From NCBI GenBank assembly GCA_965203905.1, contig CBDBDQ010000005.1, positions 5,632,001-5,696,000 on the forward strand: a stretch of 64,000 nucleotides of DNA. Reading direction: 5' to 3'. Below are positions 58,643 to 64,000 of the stretch, piece by piece. The stretch comes from Spirochaetia bacterium. Its GTDB lineage: Bacteria; Spirochaetota; Spirochaetia; SZUA-6; Bin103. The notes under the pieces are model-generated. The model was not told the DNA's origin, made no database searches, and worked only from the letters and a program-made list of their open reading frames with translations. How positions within the stretch are numbered: position 1 is the first letter of the stretch; the number at the start of each line of letters is the position of its first letter. The position numbers were made by a program, and so were the translations under genes.

Positions 58643-59503
58643 GTGACCGGGGCTGCCCTGACCGGCAGCACCGCGGTCGTCACCGGAGCCAACTCCGGGG
58701 TCGGCCGCTCGGTCACCGAGCTGCTGCTGGCGGCCGGCGCCGCGGTGACGCTGGTGTGCCGTGACCGGCAGCGCGGTGAACAGGCGTTGGCCGAGATGGA
58801 GGCCGCCCATCCGGGTTCGGTCGCGACGCTGGAGACCGCCGACCTCGCTGCATTCGAATCGGTACGCGAGCTTGGCGGGCGCCTGCACCAGCGGCTGGCG
58901 CGGATCGACATCCTGGTGAACAACGCCGGTGCGTGGCGCAACCGGCTGGAACTGACCGGCGACGGATTCGAACGCACCCTGGCCACCAATCACCTGGGCC
59001 ATTTTTTGCTCACCCATCTGCTGCTGGAGCGGCTGCAGGACGGCGCACAGATCGTAAACGTCAGCTCCGAGGCACACCGCAGCGCCGACCTGCGCCGCGC
59101 GCCGCTGGAAGAAATCGTGCGCGGGCGGGCGTGGAAGGGAGGATTTCGGGCTTATGCCGACTCCAAGCTGGCCAACCTGTTGTTCACGTTGGAGGCGGTG
59201 CGCCGGTGGGAGGGAACCGGAATCACCGTCAATGCGCTGCACCCCGGGGCATTGGCAACCCGCATCTGGAACCAGAATCCCGGCGCCTTCGGGTGGCTGT
59301 TGGGATTGGTGAAGCTGTTCCTGCGCAAGCCTCAAGTCGGCGGTGAGGCGGTGCTGTGCCTGGTCGAGCAACCGCCGCAGGACCGGGTCTCGGGACGCTA
59401 CTTCAGAGTGAAGACGGAGTCCGCGCCGATCGAGCAGGCCCGTGATCGCGAACTGGCCGCCGCGCTGTGGGAACAGAGCGCGGCGTGGACCGGGCTCGCC
59501 TGA
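58643..59503 (+). CDS. SDR oxidoreductase (retinol-dehydrogenase-like)
   Basis: TGANSGVG, NHLGHF, YADSK, LHPG. Confidence 0.9.
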   Translation: MTGAALTGSTAVVTGANSGVGRSVTELLLAAGAAVTLVCRDRQRGEQALAEMEAAHPGSVATLETADLAAFESVRELGGRLHQRLARIDILVNNAGAWRNRLELTGDGFERTLATNHLGHFLLTHLLLERLQDGAQIVNVSSEAHRSADLRRAPLEEIVRGRAWKGGFRAYADSKLANLLFTLEAVRRWEGTGITVNALHPGALATRIWNQNPGAFGWLLGLVKLFLRKPQVGGEAVLCLVEQPPQDRVSGRYFRVKTESAPIEQARDRELAAALWEQSAAWTGLA

Positions 59504-59519
59504 CGCGACCGGGGGCTCA

Positions 59520-60378
59520 ATGCGGCCGAAGGTGGCGGTCCTCGGCGCCGGCGCGATGGGATCCCTGTTCGGCAGCCAGCTCGCCGAGGGCGGCCTGGAC
59601 GTAACCCTGATCGACATCTGGCGCGAGCACGTCGACGCCATCAACGACGGCGGCCTGCGCATCGTCGGGCATCGCGGCGAGCACCGGGTGCACGTTGCCG
59701 CAACCACCGACCCCGCCGCCCGCGGGGCCGCGGACGTGGTGCTGGTGCAGTGCAAGGCCGCGAGCACCACCGCGGCCGTGCGCAACGCCCTCGACGCCGG
59801 CCTGTTCCGCGACGACACCGTGGCCATCAGCTTCCAGAACGGCCTCGGCAACGAGGAGATGATCGCCGCCGTGCTCGGCACCGAGCGCGTGCTCGGTGGC
59901 GTTACCGCCCAGGGGGCCAGCATCGAGGCGCCCGGCTGTATCCGCAGCTACGCCGACCTGCCCAGCCAGATCGGGGAGATGGAGGGCGGCGCCAGCGAAC
60001 GCGCCACCGCCATCGCGCGCGCCTTCAGCGAGCATGGCCTGGAGACCACCGCCAGTGCCCACATCCGCCACGACATCTGGAAGAAGCTGATGGTCAACGT
60101 GGGAATCAGCGCCATGTCGGGCATCACCAAACTCACCATCGGCGATGCGGTCGCCATCCCGGAGTTGCGCCGGATGGGCTACGGCGCGGTAGCGGAGGCG
60201 GTCCCGGTGGCGCAGGCCGACGGTGTGGAGCTGACCCACGAGGAGAGCCGCGAAGTGCTGGACCTGGTGATCGGGCGCCGTGGTCGCCCGCGCCGAAAGT
60301 TACGGGATCGAGACCCCGATCAACGCCACGCTGGTGGCGCTGGTGAAGGGACTGGAGTCTCACTACCTGGCGCGCTGA
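59520..60378 (+). pseudogene. panE: Ketopantoate reductase (PanE/ApbA) with an internal deletion and frameshift
   Basis: GAGAMG, QNGLG, WKKLMVN; after VLDLVIG the frame shifts to GAVVARAESYGIETPINATLVALVKGLE*; the SM-xD..TE segment is missing. Confidence 0.75.
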
Positions 60379-60387
60379 CCGCTACGC

Positions 60388-61374
60388 ATGAGTGTGCACC
60401 TGCAGGAGCATCTCGACACCGCGAGCGCGCCACTGGGCGTGCCGCCGCTGGCTGCAATGCGCGACGCCCTCGTTACCGGCTTGGCGGCCAACTACCGGGA
60501 CGTTCGCGTGGAGGTGAAGCCGTGCCCCGACTTGCGCGCCGTCGGCTGCGCCTGGCCCGGCCTCGGCGGCGCGTCCTGCATCGTCGACATCGGCGGCGAG
60601 CCGTACGCCCACAACCCGCGCTACCGCGACGTCCGCTTTGCGGTGACGGAGTTGCAGCACCGCATCGGCAGTGATGGCGGCCGCGTGCTCGGAGCCGGCA
60701 TGGCCTGCCCCGCCGCCATCGACGGCCACTGCGGCGAGGTGATCGCCAACCTGGACCCGCGCGGGCCGGACGCCTCGCGGGTGGCGCGCGTCGCCCCGGA
60801 CGGGAGCTGCGTGGTGGAGCCCTACCGCGCCGCGCTGTTCGCCGGGCTCGCCAACCTGTACGTCAGCGACGGAGCACCGGGGCCGGTGCTGGAGATCGAG
60901 GTGAGCCACCGCATCGGCGCCGAAGGCTCCCTGCCGCAGGCCCTGCGCGCGGCGCTGGCGCCGCTGGCAGCCGCCGGTGACGGCCCGGTCGCGCTGGGCG
61001 GCGTGTTCCAGCTACTCGCCGGCCAGGTCCGCTGCCACGTGATGCCCGATTACGACTGCATCGACCACGCCTACTACGATGTCGAACGAGAGGAGGTCGT
61101 CAGCGAGTTCCTGCGCTTCTACGAGCCGGTCGGCCCCGGGCTGCTGTGCTTCTCCGTGCTGTGGACCGGCGACCCCACCGGCGGCGCGCTGGACCTGCGC
61201 CCGTCGGGAGAGCACACCCATTGCTACCACCCCACCGATCCCGGTCTGGGCGGCCACTACCACTTCGACGTGACCCCTGAGGCGGTGCACTGCCGCGGCT
61301 GGTTCGCGCCCGCCGAGGCGGTCTACCGGGTGGGCAACATCTACGCCCGGCTGCGCAAAGCGTCCCGCGCGTAG
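60388..61374 (+). CDS. DUF1907 / C11orf54 (PTD012)-like zinc protein
   Basis: GLAANYRDVRVEVKPCPDL, HVMPD, DLR..EHTHC...GGHYHFD.TP, F.PAE..YR. Confidence 0.8.
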   Translation: MSVHLQEHLDTASAPLGVPPLAAMRDALVTGLAANYRDVRVEVKPCPDLRAVGCAWPGLGGASCIVDIGGEPYAHNPRYRDVRFAVTELQHRIGSDGGRVLGAGMACPAAIDGHCGEVIANLDPRGPDASRVARVAPDGSCVVEPYRAALFAGLANLYVSDGAPGPVLEIEVSHRIGAEGSLPQALRAALAPLAAAGDGPVALGGVFQLLAGQVRCHVMPDYDCIDHAYYDVEREEVVSEFLRFYEPVGPGLLCFSVLWTGDPTGGALDLRPSGEHTHCYHPTDPGLGGHYHFDVTPEAVHCRGWFAPAEAVYRVGNIYARLRKASRA

Positions 61375-61377
61375 CAG

Positions 61378-62047
61378 TTACACGCCAGCCGCGGACCAGA
61401 AGTGAGTGATCACTCCGTAACGCGGAATATCGGTGGCGTTGCCACCGGCGTAATGCAGCGTGCGGCAGTGGTGAAAGGTGGCATCGCCCGGCTCCAGGGT
61501 CACCGCCACGGCCTTGCCGCTATCGGTCGTAGTGGCCAGGGCGCCATTGATCTCAGAACGATCCGCGATCGAATAATGCTCCTGGATCGGGCCGAGATGG
61601 CTGCCCGGAATGAACTGCATGCCGCCGTTCTGCTCCCACGCCGGGGTCAGCGCCAGCCAGCAGGTCACCGCGCGGTCGGAGCCGTTGCGATCCTGCCAGT
61701 AGCCGGCGTCCTGGTGCCAGTCGGTCTCGGCCGGATAGTGCGCCGGCTTCATGATGAGCTGATCGTACTGGTACGCCGCTTCCGGCCCGATCAACTGGCG
61801 GGCGGCCGCCAGCGCATGTCGGAAGTAGGCATGGTCGCGCCAGTACGGCATTGTGCCGCGACGGATTGGCGAGTTGCACCATCGATCCCTTGACCCGCCG
61901 GTCGCCGAACGCCGGCACCTCGATATCGCCGCGCAACGCCCGGTCGTAATCCGCCAGCAGCTCCCTCACCTGCCCCGCGTCGATCAGTCCCTTGACCACC
62001 ACGAACCCGTCCCGCCGAAACGCGGCTACCTGTGGTCTCGACAGCAC
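61378..62047 (-). pseudogene. PhyH-family dioxygenase split by a single +1 frameshift near 61852
   Basis: N-terminus FRRDGFVVVKGL..ANPSRH joins PYWRDH..WHQD..IPGSH..FHHCRTLH if one A is removed. Confidence 0.8.
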
Positions 62048-62305
62048 GGGGTTACTCCAGGTCCGGCAATTCTGCGCGTGGCGGCAGCACCGCGATGGTG
62101 CGCGTCGGGGCCGCGACGCTTGGCCGCTCCGAGTTTGGTGGCGTGGCGCGCCGTGTTTTCATGGTGGCCATGCGCAAGGGTAGCTCGCCGTCGGCGGCGC
62201 GACAAGCTGACTCCGCAGGCAGTTAGGCTCGCGGCCCTACCCTCGCCCGTGTACTGGTTGTCTCCGGCAACGATGGTCGGATAGTCTCGGGGAGAGAGGT
62301 GGGGA

Positions 62306-62698
62306 GTGGCGGACCAGACTCGGCAGAAAAGTGCGTGGCCGCTGATTTTCACGTATCGAGGCAACCTGTTCGGCCATCGATATATCGCTTCCGTATCCGC
62401 AGTCAGTCGCGTTCTGGCCATTCAGGAGGATGACGGGATCTGGCTGAGCGGAGTTCAGCCGGGAGGTGTCGCGGCTGGTGGGAATGATGTGCGGGAAGCA
62501 TGCGCGGCGTACCGGAAGGCGTTCGTCGGTGTCCTGGCGGACATCGCATCGTCGGTCGGCGACTTTCCCGCGTTCCAGGCGGAAGCTGCCCGAATGCTGG
62601 CGGAACGCGACGAAGCGGCGTTCGAGGATTGGACCGCGGCCGTGGAAGCCAACCGCAGTAACCGGCTCGACTGGACACAGATGCAAAGCTACCGGTGA
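62306..62698 (+). CDS. Hypothetical protein, weakly HicB-like
   Basis: EDDGIWL..QPGGVAAGG.DVREA...RKA resembles the HicB N-terminal fold; GGGGAG RBS. Confidence 0.4.
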   Translation: MADQTRQKSAWPLIFTYRGNLFGHRYIASVSAVSRVLAIQEDDGIWLSGVQPGGVAAGGNDVREACAAYRKAFVGVLADIASSVGDFPAFQAEAARMLAERDEAAFEDWTAAVEANRSNRLDWTQMQSYR

Positions 62699-62889
62699 AG
62701 CCCGCGGCCATCACGCCGTCGATGACCGTGACGTTGAGGACCGAGATGACACCCGCCGACAACCTGATCGACGACGGGTACAATGGCGCGCAATCGGCTC
62801 ACGGCGTACAAGCCCGAGAGTCGGGAGCAGGTGTCATGGCTCACCCCGGCGAGCCGGTGTACGACAGCATCTCGGCATTGATCCTTGGC

Positions 62890-63294
62890 CGCTTCGGAGA
62901 AGTGGAAGCCGTCGCCGTGCGGGTCGCGACCGCGTTCGACGAAGGCTTCGGCGCCGAAGTAAACGGACGTGTCGCGTCCAGCGCATGCTCAAAGGGTTCG
63001 GGCTGTCCGCTTGGCCGGGCTTCGATCTGCTTTCTATCCACGCCACCGGCGAACGCCGCTGTATCGCGGTAGAGGGCCGCGCCGGCAGCGGCAGCGTCGA
63101 AGTCAGCGACAACGAATGGGCCCAAGGCATGTAACCTGCGCAACGACTACTGGCTCTACGTCGTGTACGATTGCGCAACGCCGGGCCTGCGTTTGCTCCG
63201 AGTACGGGATCCGTTCGCCCGGTTGCTTGTAGGAAGCCGGAAACTGCTGGCGCACACCGTGCCCCCAAGCGCAGTTATGGAGGCAGCAGTGTAA
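62890..63294 (+). pseudogene. Frameshifted DUF3883 C-terminal remnant, probably of an SNF2-like helicase
   Basis: VEAVAVRVA..; PGFDLLS..RCIAVEGRAG..EVSDNEWA; NLRNDYWLYVVYDCATP..RVRDPF in three frames. Confidence 0.7.
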
Positions 63295-63296
63295 CT

Positions 63297-63785
63297 ATGG
63301 CGAAGCATACCATATATGTCGAAACCTCGATCGTCTCATATTTGACGGCTCGGCCCACGAACGATCTGTTAGCTGCTGCATGGCAGAAGGCCACGGTTGA
63401 CTGGTGGGAGACACAGAGAAACAGGTTTGATCTGTATACGTCTGATGTTGCCGTAGCAGAGGCGGGAGAGGGCGATCCGCAGGCTGCCCGGAGACGCCTC
63501 GAACCCTTGTCCGGCATTCCTGTACTGGTGATCACCGAATCGGTCATCAAGTTGTCCAAGGCACTCATTCGTGAGAAAGCCCTGCCTGCAAGGGCTCAGA
63601 ATGACGCCCTTCATGTTGCGGTTGCTGCCGTCCACAACGTTGACTATCTATTGACGTGGAACTTTCGGCATCTCGACAATGCCGAAACGAAACCGATTAT
63701 GCGGAGCGTGTGCACGAAGTATGGGCATACCATACCGGAAATATGCACGCCTCAGGAACTAATGGGAGTAACCGAGGATGGCTGA
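63297..63785 (+). CDS. PIN-domain toxin
   Basis: IYVETSIVSYL, DALHVAVA, YLLTWNFRH. Confidence 0.88.
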   Translation: MAKHTIYVETSIVSYLTARPTNDLLAAAWQKATVDWWETQRNRFDLYTSDVAVAEAGEGDPQAARRRLEPLSGIPVLVITESVIKLSKALIREKALPARAQNDALHVAVAAVHNVDYLLTWNFRHLDNAETKPIMRSVCTKYGHTIPEICTPQELMGVTEDG

Positions 63786-63972
63786 TGAGATTATCACGGA
63801 ACTCTGGAGGATAAAGGACTGCATCGCCAAAGAACAAGGGTATGATATCGAGAAGCTCGTTGCTTACCTGCTATCCAGAGAGCGCCCTGCGGGACAGCAG
63901 GTCGTGGATCTTAGCACACCAAAACGTGCGGCTGATCGAGACGCACGGGGAGATCGTCGCTCAGCACGTTGA
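63778..63972 (+). CDS. Small downstream partner of the PIN gene (putative antitoxin)
   Basis: MADEIITELWRIKD..GYDIEKL; overlaps the PIN stop codon. Confidence 0.65.
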   Translation: MADEIITELWRIKDCIAKEQGYDIEKLVAYLLSRERPAGQQVVDLSTPKRAADRDARGDRRSAR

Positions 63973-64000
63973 TGCTCCAGATGTTGACAGGAGCTCCAAG

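Overview
High-GC bacterial window dominated by transport and catabolic accessory genes. The solute-binding-protein signal peptides ('...SVFAGAAAE', '...FAFAAAQEE'), the PhyH expansion, the sulfatase and the FG-GAP protein resemble high-GC host-associated Spirochaetota such as sponge symbionts; this is inference only. Contents: a TPP-riboswitch-controlled thiBPQ transporter, a split peptide/nickel-type ABC system with embedded enzymes, an Lpl-type sugar ABC transporter with a GH43/GH117-like hydrolase, tRNA-Thr(CGT), rsmE, three toxin-antitoxin modules, a NotI-family restriction-modification pair, and eight PhyH-family Fe(II)/2-oxoglutarate oxygenases. About a dozen gene remnants or frameshifted genes are also present. 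Best leads: (1) a tandem PhyH pair whose iron-binding W-H-x-D motif reads W-H-H-G, the halogenase-type signature, inside a co-oriented aldolase-exporter-oxygenase-FG-GAP cluster; (2) a bacterial homologue of eukaryotic C11orf54/DUF1907; (3) a sulfatase-fold enzyme with Thr in place of the formylglycine Cys/Ser; (4) two unannotated paralogues sharing a QDxxTGxW motif; (5) an AT-rich ORFan placed in frame behind a host promoter and start, between imperfect direct repeats. All family calls are by motif recognition; no database search was run.
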